This document shows, one piece after another, positions 46,477 to 59,583 of a DNA stretch of 64,000 nt. The stretch covers positions 1,116,001 to 1,180,000 of the forward strand of contig OY986949.1 of NCBI GenBank assembly GCA_963920595.1, given 5' to 3'. A program made the position numbers and the translations under genes. The notes under the pieces were generated by a model, which saw only the letters and a list, made by a program, of their open reading frames with translations, ran no database searches and was not told where the DNA came from. Position 1 is the stretch's first letter; each line of letters begins with the position of its first letter. This stretch comes from Eimeria praecox. Its lineage: Eukaryota.

Positions 46477-49400
46477 TTAAGATTGTCCTCGCATGTCGCC
46501 ATTTACATAGCGCTCGCAGTCCCTTGGATTCCCAACATCCAAGTCAGCACTGCCTGCTCCGTCTTTATCCCGTTCACTAACAGCCTCACTAAGCGACGTT
46601 GTTAAGAAAGCACTGATTGAGCCTTGGTTAAGTGGCAGGTCGTCAACCTTTGTTAACGCTTGGCCTCTGCCTTTCATCAATAGGTTGTCAACCACGTTTA
46701 TTCGAATTAAAGTCCGTTCTGCTGCATGTGGCATTTCCCGCATCTGTACTTCTACTGCCAGAGGTACGCACCCTAACACACAAATAAAAGCGGAGCAGAT
46801 TGGTCGGAACCCCACATGGTTTCGCTGATACCATATGTGGTAACCTGCAATAGCCGCAATAGCCACACTCCAGAATCGACTGCTATTCCTGAATACCCAG
46901 GCTAAATAGGCTGCATACCTTTAGTTATTTCAACTGGGGTCCCAAATATTGCACCTGTGCGCGAGTCAATCGCCACGCCGGCAGGCAATTTCCTGAATTC
47001 CACCCCGCAAAGACGTAAGTGCCGTAGTGACCGGCCAAACACCACATGCGTATTCAACACAGCAAAGCAACTTCAAGAGCCCGATAGTGGCACTTCTGTT
47101 GTGATACGAGTGATCCTTAATATGTCCCAATAACTCACGAAATGGGCTTAAAGTAAAGGTGTTGAGGCCCGTCCACTAGGGCTGGAATGGCAAAAAACCT
47201 CCCCTTTAGGACGGTGATATTCGAATTGGAAGCGTATGAAAAACGATTAGGGTACCGCAGCCGGTTCCGCTCTGTGTCGGGATATTCGCAATTCCTCCCG
47301 AAAGTGCCAGGCTTGCAAAGGCAGCTTCAGCACAGGACAGTGCATATGCTGTCGCTAAGCTCACTTCCCACGTTAACAATCTGTTAAGAAATAAGGGTTA
47401 TAGGGGTGAGGGGATAGGGTGAGTGCACCATGAACATTTTGGTGTGTTTCAGTAGTCCTCACATTCCATATTTTGGAACGCCCCCGTTCCTGCAGGGTCT
47501 GCCGTAGCAGACGAGATCTACGTCGGGGCACTGAATCACTCCAAGGGGCAACCCTGGCACTTGCTTTTTCTTGCCCTTTTCACCCCTCATGCACACTGTC
47601 GTCTTCTCAGTGCCATTTGGCAGCCTGCTTATTACTTGGGCGGCAACCCACTTAACAGGCTTTGACGTCGGCAGCATCATGGGCGCTTCTACTCGATCGT
47701 CGTCAGAAATGCACATGATTCTGCTGCATGCGCCTTTGTGATCGTCTGCCCGAGAGTGCCTCATCATCGCTTTTACGCATCTGCTCCAGTTACGCAACCC
47801 ATTGCACACGGAAGCACAATTAGGTAAGTCCCCTTCCAAGTAAAACAAGCTGCATCAGGGCTGGAATGCTCTACGGCCAACTGACACCAAAGAGCCCATC
47901 AGATACCCCCAAATATGCGGTGCCAACGGATTAATCCCCTCACTTTTCGTATTCGGCGTTGTTTACAAAAGGCCCCTGCAGTGCTGCTGGACTTGTGTCA
48001 GCCACTCCCCTGATGGGCCACCCCTTTTCTGAGACACCGAAATGCGTGGGAAAGTGCATTTCTTCCATATAGTTTGAATTGTAAACCGAAGAAGGCGGAC
48101 GCGTGATCCCAGCACGGAGGCGGCATCCATATGTGTCTTGTCCTTTTAGTTTTGTGCTGAGAGCACGCTTTCCGCAACAAACATATTCGCCCGGAAGGGT
48201 CTCGAGTTGCTAACGAATTTATTTACATCGGATATGGGATAGCCGGAAATCGTCTAGAAAAGTCTGACGCATCGCAGGCCTTACCCAGCAGTGTTCGTTG
48301 ACCAAACAGCATCAGTCAAATACCACCCTGTATCCTCCACTGCGGCTAGTAACAGTTCCATGGAAAGGTTTTCTGAGAGAAAACACAATTTACAGCGTTT
48401 TACCAGTACACGGTACCCAACGTCGGCTTTGTTGTTCGTTACGCTTGATGGATGAATCGTTTATGCTTTGGGCTGACCTTCCCAACGATAGCCGGCGTTC
48501 ACTCTTCCATGCGCATATAGAGGCTCAAAAACTGCAGAGCACAGGTTAGAATGAAAAACGAGGTGAATAACCAGCAACTGAGCATGCAGACATTTGTGAC
48601 TTAATTTAAGCTATCCCAAACCCAGCGTGTGCAAGACTATGAAGGTTATAGAGAACGTTAAGGTCTTCTAGGAAGAGAGGCAGTTCAGCCTAAATTAGCG
48701 GCACGATCTTCCCCTGATATGTGTGCGCACTGCAACAGCAGCCAAGCTCTAGGTTCTGCCACGCCTGCCCTTTCCAAACAACGTACTTACAGCTTGGGCC
48801 TGACTTATTTAGAGCGAGTTCCAAGCCCGTCACGTCGTTGTAGCCGCAGTGACGATGAATGACATTCATTATTCCAGGGGTTGTAAGAAAAAAACGGTGG
48901 TGCGTGCGCTTTTTCGTCCATGTTAGCGGGGAATCTGCCTTTGCTTGCAAAGCTCCATTCCTGTTTTGGGTATCTGTAGTGTCCGTTGTTGGTGTCGACA
49001 CTTGTGTTAGAGCATGAAAAGAAGCACTTGACACTGGGCCATCGGCATTACGAAGCCTTCTGTAAGAGGGAGCAGCGCAGCCGACCACACCCACCATGAT
49101 CTCCTTTTCCTAGGTTCCATTCAGGAGCCTGTGCTCTGCGCGTAGAGAGACAGTTCTCCCGCAAGTCTCAGCCTAAAGTCAACCTTTCAAATGGATACTA
49201 GAACAGAACACTTGGGCCTTTAAGAAGCTTGCCTTAGTGCCTCTTGCCTCCATATTGGGTCCCATGTTAGGAAATAGCGCAGTGTTTGTATGTTGACAGC
49301 AATCGCACTGATAATGTACATAAGAACTCTCTCCACGGCTTGAGAGAAGGAGTCATTCCTTCTAGCATAAAACCATTCGACCTCAGCTATCGGGATCGAT

Positions 49401-50995
49401 ATGCAAGCGAGAATTGGGCGGTAGGCCTCGTCAACTTGGCAAACATCTGCAAGCACACGGCCTATCATAATTAACAGCTGCAGCAGTTGCGCAGCTGAGC
49501 TTGCCGTTCTCGTTCATTTTGAATGGGTGTTCCAACCTGTAACTTCCCGGTGCATCATATGAAAGTATGAGAATACTTTGCTGCTTAATTTTTTTCTAGA
49601 GTGGAAAGCCAGCATTCACAAGCTACAATGGCTGCTTTTCAATAGATGCCTTCATTTGAGTTGGCCTACGGCTGCTCCCTTCTGAAATGCTTGCAGTACG
49701 GAACAACAACAGAACGTCAGTGCTTTCAATTATCCCAAGTGAAGGACTCCCCTTCGTGGTCTGCAGACGCCGAAGCTTTGGTAGTTGGCACATGCCACAC
49801 TGGTCTACTTTGCGCATCCTGCACAGCAAAATCCCCAAGATTATTCGTGCTGTATAAATATACAGAAGTCTTCAATGCAATAGTACTGGGCATGATCCAA
49901 TGTGTAGGAGTTTAGCACTCAGATATAACCAGCTAGCTCTGCCTTGGCCTGTCTGGTGCCATACTTTTCGTTTTTTTCCTCGGGAAGTTTGATTATCAAT
50001 GGTCCAGCCAACCGGTCTACAGCGACAAGTCGCTGAAGCCACCATATGGCAGAGGGTACGACTTCAACTTGGAGGAAACGGCGCACCTCACCAAGCCACT
50101 CAGCAGTGTGGTGCCCTTCATTGGCTCCACTGCTGCCGTCACTGGTATACATAGAGAGAGCGGCTGGTTGCTCTTCAAGTGAGGAATTGCCTGCAGCAGC
50201 GAAGTGCCTCCCCCCTATATGCCTTTCTGCCAATGTGTGCAACCGTCGAATGCTCAAACTGTGCGAGAGATTATCCTCCAGTGAGTGAGGAAAGTCAGAA
50301 AAGAACGCTTGGATCCGTAGGGGAAGGAAGACTCCGCCACGCCCGCTCCTTTGAGGCACCTGAGTGAAGTTGGGGATCTTGATAGTGAGGTTTTCACCTA
50401 AAACTGGCGTACTTGTCTTCGTCGCGCCAGGTTGCCCGCGGGGATTCTGCGCATTAGCTGACTCCCTCTCTAGTTGCTTAGGTATCTTGAAGGGGATGAT
50501 TGCTAGCCGCCGGAATCTAAGGGAGGATCGACGGTGGCTAAATGAGTTTCTCTCTACCACTTCTTGAAAACTGTTTTGCCTGTTGTTTTGTGTAGCAGCA
50601 TCGCGACGGCGATCTGGCGGAGCGCCGTGCAACGTGTAAATTTGGCAGAGGTACTTAGACTGGGAGCAAACGGGCATCGGTTCTTGCTCCAAGTGATTCG
50701 TCTGTTTTTCGACAGCGCCTAAGGCGCGGACTGTCGGCGAAGCAGGATTTAGCAGTTTCACTGTATGGGCCAAAGCTCTTGATGCTGTGGGCCTCACTCT
50801 CTCAGGAACAGGAACTGCTACTGATACGGCAGCTGCGCCCTGGGCATGTAGTTCCGCCACATTCCCCCAATGCCACTCACTAAATATAAAATTGCCAAAC
50901 AATATAAGAAGCATACACCAAACAGAGCTCCGCCACTGTCGTACCATTGCCACAGCGGCGGCCGCATAGGGAGTCCACCTCGTACAGCCCCCCAT
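46477..50995 (-). pseudogene. Leishmanolysin/GP63 (peptidase M8)-like gene, catalytically dead or pseudogenised
   Basis: Collinear M8-like segments: VVPSAIWWLQRLVAVDRLAGPLII, GIIESTDVLLLF, VLADVCQVDEAYRPILACISIP...VERVLMYIISAIA (HExxH position), FLTTPGIMNVIHRHCGYNDVTGLEL, LFLEDLNVLYN, GVIQCPDVDLVC. There is an N-terminal hydrophobic signal, a possible C-terminal TM segment and an apparent in-frame TAG at 48690-48692. Exon structure not fully resolved. Confidence 0.7.
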
Positions 50996-52399
50996 TTGTG
51001 GAACCGAAGCAGGCTAGTAACTTGCAAGGCCGTCAGCTGACGAGCAAATCGCCAACAAGTGCAAGCGCACTCTTTCCATGGAGTTTATACTGCTTAGGCA
51101 TATCCGTATCCTTGTAGCGCACAAACCAGGCGACGCCCCTACGCCGTAACTGGCGTCCGCGTTAATCAGTCATATTGCAGGTGATCCATACCTCAGTAAA
51201 AAAAAAGTCACAAGGTGCCTATAAGGCTGGGAAATAGCCGCCACTATATCTGTTTGGAGCTCCACTACAGACTGAAGTACCGGAAGTTGACGGCGTCTGT
51301 TCTGACGGGCCAGCAGCAACCTCCTTCGCAACAAGTTTCAGGGATAAGCAGTGAGAGCGCTTAGCGTCTCGTTAATTCAGCCATTTGGAGCTATGGGAAC
51401 CCTTGTTCACAGCGCTGGTAGTTTAAGTGGAATGCTTTTTTAGACAGACGCAAGAAAGCCTCAACGTAAGCTCAGTTACCAGGGCAAGAATCAGTTAGTT
51501 GGCTTCCATCGTTATTCAACCCCGGTCAAGCACTTTTGCTTTTAGACCTGCTTTTTGCATAGAACGTAATGGCCCGAGAGGCAATTTAGTCACGGACAAG
51601 CTTGAAGCCTTGCAGGTGTTCATCAGTGCTTTATTTTCAATTCCTCTGCATGCCGCAGAGAAACATACAATAGCAAGCTATTATAAGGTTTAGGATATTT
51701 GCTGAGCTGCTGTGAAAGCCGGTGTACAACCCCTCCACAGGTTGGGGCTTTGGGGCTGTGGACCGTGGGGCTTTGGGGCTTCGCTGCTAGTAGAGGCGTT
51801 ACTTTGGAGCAAGGGGTGATAGACATGTAGTTTATATAAGCTCCTATGCCCATTTTAACAAGGAACCAGCCTACTGGAACCCCTCAAATTTCCGACGAGC
51901 TGCAATAACCCCCATCCCCAGTGGGCAGGCGGGCGGGGCCGGTCCAGAGGCTGCTGCTATACGAGGGGCGGCCGGGGAAGTCGAATGACCAGGGCTGCTA
52001 CGCAGCGCGTGTTCGCTTCTAAAACTTAGGATTTAGTGTAGAAGCAATATATTCTGCACTTCAGTTAGCTCAGTGATGCCCGTAGCCCACCAAGAATATA
52101 GTCCGAGAGTGAGGACCGGAGACGTTAACGCGGCGTTAAGGATGCTCTGTACATCCTGGGAAACGCAACATTGCAAAATGAGTGAAAGACAGATACACTG
52201 TGGGACTGTTGTAGAGATTGCCGCTGTTTGCTGTGTGTGCGTTTTTGCTGCTGCCGACACGCACCGTATGGATGGTTCGATAGCGACGCTTGTCAATCGT
52301 AGCTGAGGACCGTTGCGGGCTAAACTATAGTACTTAGGCCTAGGACCTAAAGAAAGATTCTCAGAATTCAGGTGAACTCCCCTCTGAGCTCCATGCGCC

Positions 52400-54700
52400 C
52401 TGTGCAACTCGGACCAGCCGGGAAATGGCTGAGGTGGCTTCTCTCTCCTTAGCTGCTACGCATCTTAACTGCAACTAGAGCTCCAAGGGAACGGCACATA
52501 GCGTACCACTGACTTGTTTTGTTGCATGTGGCAACAATGTAGGCTGAAGTGCTGAGAGTTGTTGAACACTTGGCTTTCCGTAGCCAGACTGTGAACAGGT
52601 GAAGATAAGTGTACAAACAGTAAGCAAATCATCCTACAGGTTCAGGCCCAGATAATGGTGTGGGCTACTCCTCAAGTAAATTCATGAGATCAGCGTGTGT
52701 GGTTGGGGATCCGCTCTTTTCTGCGTGCAACCCACCTGTGAGCAAAGTACAAGGAAGGCGTGACCGCGGCAAAGCTTCACGGCGCAAAGTGGTGGGCTTG
52801 CTCCACTGGAAGCACTGCTATGAAATGTGCAAACAATGGGCCATCAGGAGCAGGGTTGAGCTAGCTAGGTGGTGAATGAGTGACAAAGTGGAGCAGACCC
52901 TGGTGTAAGGCCATAAGCATACATGCATGTAGATAGGATACGTATCGCTCCATACATCTGGCAAAGAAGCAATCTACATAAGTTATAGGCATCACAAAGC
53001 TGGCTAGGCTGTTCATATCGATGGTTTGGTTCGCACGCGCCGTATCAACGAGAGCCCGTAGGGTCTCCTGATGAAAGGCTTAGCTCAAGCCATCCGCATG
53101 AACCTACATGAGTTGTCCTCTCACTCATCGATGGATTGAATATTCCTTTGTGCAATCTCCTCGCTTCATTTCACTTGTGTCCAGGACCTCACCTTCCTGT
53201 GCATTGTCCTAAATTGCGTTGCTGCCGTTTTCGGAGAGATTTCGAGGGTATTTTGGTGATTGCTTGAATTCTCTTAGAAGACAACCCTAATGATGCAGTC
53301 ATATAACCACATTGTGGTTAAATCTATAATGCAAACCAATGCGCCGATCGAAGCACAAGCAGCAGAGCGAGCTCACTTGACGAAGCTTTCGGATGCACCA
53401 GCAATAGCTCTCCTGGGTAAAACATGACTGCCTAGCCTATTATGTGTAGAACCGTTCCCATAGGCTGCTTATGTACACCATCCGCTGGAGGCCAGCAAAG
53501 CTGGTTGCCTGTAGCCAGGTCCAGCACTGCGCTAGCCAAGGGAAGTTCGATGGAAAAGGAGAGGGAGCGAGTGAAAGAGTCCACTGTTGAACTATGGCTC
53601 CCCTCACCCCAGGGAAGGAAGCCAAGGGACTTTGATGAATCGTCCTCAGTGTAGAGCGGAAAACCCTGGCTCAGCGTTCGACTTGACAGTCACACCCCCT
53701 GTGCTACGAGGTGGTTAGGCTAGATGCTGAGACTGGCAATGAGTTAGCAGCAAAAGGCGCTAATACACTCCGGGTCCTCGCCAGTTGTGCTACTGTTGTG
53801 GAACACGCGGACGCCCCCTAAACTGTGATTCATGGGTGTATGGGCCGCTTGTTTTGGTGAAGCTGAACTCGAGCAGGGAGTGATGTGGATATCTTTGCTG
53901 AGCCTGCCTACAAGAGCGCCTACGGGGTGAAATTCTCACTGGTGGTGAACTCTATGAAGCCCACTGGGGTGCTCTTCACAATCTCCCAAGGGATAAGGAA
54001 ATTCCGAAATATTCGCGTCTGGCATTGTTCGGACGCGTCAACGGCTGGCAGGCCTGAGGAGCGTGTAGCGAATGAAGCATCAACCGCAGCGGAATGCTAC
54101 AATAGAGGCCCTGTCAGATATGACCAAGCTCTAGAAACTCTACATCAACTGGGAATTATAGCGTGGATTGTATCACAACTAGGCCGCACACTGCAGTAAT
54201 TCAGGACTACCTTAACAGTAACAGAACGGAGAAAGTTCTCCGTGGGCATTTCTGCTCTTCCTACTGAGGACGGGGCACAGTGAAGTCGAATGAGCAAATT
54301 TCAGAGTTAGTAAACGATGTAACAACCGATATAACACCCCAATTTTGGGCAGAACTACGGGAGTAAGAAATGGGGGGATGCTATGATCACCATAGACGTT
54401 GCGCGGCGGGACTATTCTTTAGGAAAGCCTAGAGCGATTCAGGCCTGTCAGTTGTCAAACGGAATTGTAGATACACGGTTTGATTAAAAGAATGTAGAAG
54501 CTACATGAAGTCCCTGAAGCGAGGGGTGGAAGCGGGGTGCAGTTACTGCAGAAAGTCTCGAGTTATAGGGCGCCGCGGAGGGAGAGAACCCAAAAGTTGA
54601 ACTCGCTAATGCGGGATTGTAACACAGCGTGGCCTTCAGACGGAGACTTAACTTTTACGAGTGCATCTTTAAGAAGAACGAAAGCACCCCACTAACCCTT
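52400..54700 (+). mobile_element. Possible highly decayed retrotransposon relic
   Basis: Weak pol-like fragments only: RNase H end-like AIALLG...VHHPL near 53400-53490 and integrase-like MDIFAEP...FSLVVNSMK at 53885-54199. No intact catalytic motif. Confidence 0.3.
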
Positions 54701-56685
54701 TTTCCAACCCATATCAAGATTGCTGGGGTTGCGGTCTGAAAGCAAGGAGCCCTAAAGTGACCTTTGCCTGCGCGACAGACGGTAGAACCACTAGAGACGA
54801 TTCATATATTTTACAAGGAGTATTTCCCATTTTCACCCTTTTGTTAGCAAAAACGATCCCCTGTTCGGTCGCTTTTGTGTGCTGTGCATGCCCCTTAACC
54901 ATTGGACCATTCTACCTCGTTTCTCGCCTCGGTGTATGCGATTCGCCTCACGTTAGAATACTCGTGGCCTACGCATTTGATCAGGTTCAGTTCCAACATC
55001 AATATACATGGGAACTTTTCAATACTTTTAGCCGGGAAAATTGAAGCCCTTTTTCCGAGGCAGATTGGAGGTGACCTAGCAACGCGAGTGAGCGGTGCTG
55101 CACAGCGATAGTGCCGTGGGACCGGACCTGCTGCAGGAGTGGTGGGAAATAAGCAACGAAGATATGTATGTTCTAGGCCTGTTCTCACCTACCAATCGCT
55201 GGCAACGCACACATGCGAGACTTGCAGGCTGCAGTTGCTGGCTCCTTGCTCTCTAATCGAGATATTCCGCTCTTGAGGAAGTAGTGTCTTCCTGGTTTTC
55301 CAGTTCTCTTTTTGTGGCAGTAATAAAGGCTTTGCGTGCTTCTATGTCAATCTTTTCTTGAGTACGGTCCCAACTGACTCCATCTTCGAAACGCCCTCAC
55401 AAAGCATTCCTGCGAAAATGTGTGCGCCTGCAGGTGTTTACCTGCACATACACCCTTCTTGGCATTCCACCTGCGGCATCAGCGTGCTCTTAATTTACGG
55501 AGAATCGGGGAAACCCCTTATCCGCAGCTTGTCCTATTGCCACAATGACGGCCTCATCTGCTGTAATCCGCTCCTACAGAGGCTATTTCCTTTGGCTCAC
55601 ACTGCAGTACTTGGCTTGCTTGGCTGTGAGCAACGATAATTTCTACGGGGAAGAGTGGCCTGTGGTGGCGTTGGTGGCCATTTGGCTGATGTCGGAGCTT
55701 GTGGCAAGATTCTCTTGGAAATCCAGCAGGAGGTCAAACGGCCCCCTGGCTCAAAGCCTGGAGATTTGCTACGTTCTGGCCGGCCTTGCGTTCCAAAAGG
55801 CATTTTTTGCGTACGGCAATTTACATTTGCTTTATTGTTGGACCTCCCAGGAAGCCTAGGTCGCTCAGGCACAGCCTGCATCCAGCCAGACAGCTACTCT
55901 GCCCATGTGCCTAACTGGTAGAGGCCTTGAGCTGGAACAACGCATATAAAGATGTGCACTGCACTACTGTGCCTGCGTGCTGCTGTAGGTCCCATGCTGT
56001 TTCACATCCGTTAGAACGCGCCGTATCGCAAGTGATGGCAGGGGCCAGCAAGCTGTCCTTCATTTTCTTCTGCCTTCCTGTAAGTTAAAATGATGCATGT
56101 ACTGACTAGTTCCTGAGGTCTGGTCGTCACTGTGGGTGATATTCAGTTGGAAATGCGACTTTGAGGGGAAGGAGAAGACGAGAGCTGCCAATGCCGCGAA
56201 AAATGCTTTGTTAGGCTTATGTGTCTGCGTCTGCCAACTTTCCAGGCTGGGGAGTTAGTTTTGCTGCTGATGGTAGATTCGTTGCTGCAACTGCTGTTTT
56301 TCAACCAGCGTTCACATCCACAGCGGGATGTGCCCTGCAACACCTCTCTCTTGCTCCTGGCGGATGCTCTCTTCACTGCGTTGCCACTGCTACTGTACTG
56401 CTTTGGGCCCTGGTGTGCCGTGGAAAACCGGGCGGAGACTGGCTCGCACGAAGGAGAAAAGGGACAAGAAGGGGCCCATCCTGCGGGGGGTACGACAATC
56501 CCACTCTCCGCAGCTGCTTCTGGAAGCGCAACAGGAGGTGTGTGCAGGGGCTGCGGACACGAAGCACGTCGGCACCTCACGTGAGCTCTTGCCCTCCACT
56601 GCTGCCTGTCTTGCAGTTGGATTTCTTGGGTTGACTCTCTTCACAGATGGACTGGATCAGTAGAAGACGCATTGAAGAATAGTTA

Positions 56686-59583
56686 GTGAGTCTTCGGGTG
56701 ACAAAGAAGTTCATTGTTAACAGAGGAAGCTGTCTTTTGTGCGTCAGGTGCCCCTCTGAGTCCCCCGACGATCGGCGTTTAGAATCGCATGAAGTCCTAG
56801 GACGCCGGAAAACAGTAGATACCTACGATATAGTGGGAAAGGACAGGCCCCGCCTCGGACCCGAGCACTCCATAGAGCGGCTGTTACTTTCTCTAGTTGT
56901 GTTGCTGTCCAAACGAAATGACGGAAACCTCGGAGAACAGCACAATGTCTTTGATGAAGCTGCTGCACCTGCCCAGGCGGAGGGTCTGCGCAAAGATGTC
57001 GAAATTTGCCGCGGAAGCCATCATCCTTGCAGAGAAAAAGGAGCCGACAGAAGCAATCCAAGCTGCAGAATCGACACGCTAAATGACGGCAGATTTGCTT
57101 CTCACCCCAACTCTCTTGAGAGGGGTCCCACGCCAAAGCCGCAGGGGCCCAAACCTCCGGCAGTTTCTCCTTCTCAGAGAGTCATTATACGTCCAGAAGC
57201 AAGGAACGAGGCTGCCGGATGGATTGGTCCAGCTGCTTGCAGCGCCTTTAGCCAGGCCTCGCGACCGCTGCCCTTCCACCACATACACATTCCAAGCGCT
57301 GCAGGACACGGCATTTACGCTGTTGATACGCCTCAGGCTGAAATATTTGACGCTCCAAAGCACGCCTACGCACAGGTGGCCTCCTGGATGACCGGCAGCA
57401 AGCCACAAGCAGCGACAGGTTCTGCAAGGAGCGAGGACCCGGCAGGCTCCAGCCCTGTTCGCCACTCGCATCGGGCAGAGAGAGTCAGCCACAATCTCCT
57501 CTCCTCCTTGAAAGAGCAACTTTCCAAGAAGAATCAAGAACACCAACAATCTACGGCTGTGGTGCAACCTGCTGTTCCCATAGCACCCGGTGATTCGCGT
57601 CCTATGCGGGCTGCTGCAGCGCCTATCTTTGTGATAAGGCCCAGAGCTAGTAGCCAGCCGCCACCAGACAAGGCCGTTCGCGAGACTTTGTTGCTCGGCT
57701 CAGATGTAGCCCCGCAGAACCTGCAGAATGCCCCCCTCTTGCTGGGGCGACAAAGACTGAGCTGTGACGGCAACATGGTGCCTATTGCCATTGAAGGCAG
57801 TAAGTGCTACCACGAGGGCAGCGGCCTGACCATAATGAAGACACTCCATCAACCCAAACAAGGCAACACAGACGGGATGGTGATTGTAGGGTGTCCTCGA
57901 GGCGCAGGCAGCCTAGAAGGCACAGTTGGTGCAGCTCTGGCCAGTGCGATGGGGCCTCATGCTTTGGCCAGCCAGCTCCGTCCCCGGGAAGAAGACCACG
58001 TCAGCAGCAGCAGGCCTGCCGGTGACCCACATGGAATCCCTCAAGATTACATTGGCAACATGATTTTCCAACGAGAGCAAGAACCACCCTTAGCCAGAAG
58101 CGGCTACTACTCTCAGCACGGGAGCTCGGGGCCCCAAAGAGAGGACCAGCAGCACCAAAAGCAGCAGCAGCAGCATCCAGTGCAGCCCCAGAAGCACCAG
58201 CCTGGGTTGCCAGCATCAATGAAAGGAAGTAGTTCACGGGAGGACAAGAACCAAGGGGGGAAAGCCCTTCCTTGCCAGCCCCCGGTGAAGGTTCCGCAGC
58301 CCCCGATATGCCCGGGTGTTCTCATTGTGCTGCGGCAGACAACGCCTCCGGGAGAACGTGGGGAGGGGAAGCGCGATGCAACGCCTATTGATGCCAGCAA
58401 GCAGAACTCTACGCCGGATCGGGGAATCGTGAATGCAGACATAGGCGGAGGAACGGCCTTCCCTCTGCACCATACCCTTGTCCTTGACCCCTTTGCAGAC
58501 CCCGACCAGCAGCAGAAACCCCGCCATTCTGTTTTATGGGGCCGGTCGAAGGCCATTGGAGCCAACGGGACACCCATGATAAGCCCCCGCCACAAAACGC
58601 GGACGAGCAGCTTGGGAGCGGGGGGGACAGCAAGCGGCATCGGTGCGGAAAGGCAGTCACCACTGGCCTTTCAGCCCGAGAGACACACCCAGAGGTCCCC
58701 CACCATCGCCGCTAGGCCAACGAAAGGGGAGGGTTCGCGGGGAGAGCCCTCGAAGAAAGACTGGATGGACAGGGGAGAATGCATGCACGCGGGCCCTAAA
58801 CAGTTCTTTGGAATCCCGTCAGTTCCCCTCAGGGACCCGACAACACAGGGAAAGCACGCGGGCAACGATGGAGACGCGGAACAGAAACTGCAAGCGTTTG
58901 CCATGTGGCGCCGAGGGAGGCGTGTGAACAATGCGGGCCAAGAATCTTCAGAAAGAAAACCGTCACTGCTGCCTCCCTCAGCAACGCATATAGGTGAAGC
59001 CCATGCACGCACGCAAGAAGGGCAAGCCAGGGACCGTAGTGAGAGGGGGAATCACTTGTGTGACTCGAGGGATGCAAGCAGCGACAGCGCAAACGGCATG
59101 GGAGAGGGCCTTGGGAGAAGGCTTCCTGCAGCGTCACTAGGGGCCTCGCGGGCTGACGGCCGTTCTGGGCTGGAGTTGAGGTCAGAGAAGGAGTTGAGGT
59201 CAGGGGAGTTGAGGTCAGAGAAGGGCAAACAAGTCCCCTCACCGCAGCCTGCCGGAAGGAGCAGTATCAGCAGCAGCTTGAGACCCATCGACTCGTGCTG
59301 CCCCCGGAGCAGCGCCCCAAGACCAACAGCAGCGACAGCAGGGAGAAGACAACATCCTCCTGTTCGTGGGCCCCAGCAGTTGCTGGACGTCGCGAGCACG
59401 AGCAGCGGCAACTCCTGGGAAAGCTGGGATCCCCTGCTTCCGGGAGACGTTGGGGCCTTCTCCTTGCCTATCTCCCAGGAAGAAGCCTCCCGACTGAGGG
59501 ATGATGCGTCTCACGAAGGAAGCGGGGAAATTCTAAGGGTGGCTACCCTCTTCTGCAGCCCTAGACGGCAGTCCTTAGAATGA
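56686..59583 (+). CDS. Hypothetical protein, large low-complexity terminal exon (likely spliced to hydrophobic exons at 54.7-56.7 kb)
   Basis: 965-codon open frame with a probable acceptor near 56747 (TGCGTCAG/GT). P/S/Q-rich, with an ELRSEK-like tandem repeat near 59173-59223. Upstream exons not resolved. Confidence 0.6.
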   Translation: MSLRVTKKFIVNRGSCLLCVRCPSESPDDRRLESHEVLGRRKTVDTYDIVGKDRPRLGPEHSIERLLLSLVVLLSKRNDGNLGEQHNVFDEAAAPAQAEGLRKDVEICRGSHHPCREKGADRSNPSCRIDTLNDGRFASHPNSLERGPTPKPQGPKPPAVSPSQRVIIRPEARNEAAGWIGPAACSAFSQASRPLPFHHIHIPSAAGHGIYAVDTPQAEIFDAPKHAYAQVASWMTGSKPQAATGSARSEDPAGSSPVRHSHRAERVSHNLLSSLKEQLSKKNQEHQQSTAVVQPAVPIAPGDSRPMRAAAAPIFVIRPRASSQPPPDKAVRETLLLGSDVAPQNLQNAPLLLGRQRLSCDGNMVPIAIEGSKCYHEGSGLTIMKTLHQPKQGNTDGMVIVGCPRGAGSLEGTVGAALASAMGPHALASQLRPREEDHVSSSRPAGDPHGIPQDYIGNMIFQREQEPPLARSGYYSQHGSSGPQREDQQHQKQQQQHPVQPQKHQPGLPASMKGSSSREDKNQGGKALPCQPPVKVPQPPICPGVLIVLRQTTPPGERGEGKRDATPIDASKQNSTPDRGIVNADIGGGTAFPLHHTLVLDPFADPDQQQKPRHSVLWGRSKAIGANGTPMISPRHKTRTSSLGAGGTASGIGAERQSPLAFQPERHTQRSPTIAARPTKGEGSRGEPSKKDWMDRGECMHAGPKQFFGIPSVPLRDPTTQGKHAGNDGDAEQKLQAFAMWRRGRRVNNAGQESSERKPSLLPPSATHIGEAHARTQEGQARDRSERGNHLCDSRDASSDSANGMGEGLGRRLPAASLGASRADGRSGLELRSEKELRSGELRSEKGKQVPSPQPAGRSSISSSLRPIDSCCPRSSAPRPTAATAGRRQHPPVRGPQQLLDVASTSSGNSWESWDPLLPGDVGAFSLPISQEEASRLRDDASHEGSGEILRVATLFCSPRRQSLE

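Noticed and set aside
46400..49500. First read as a third retrotransposon relic
   Set aside because: The fragments align better and collinearly with the peptidase M8 (GP63) domain order.
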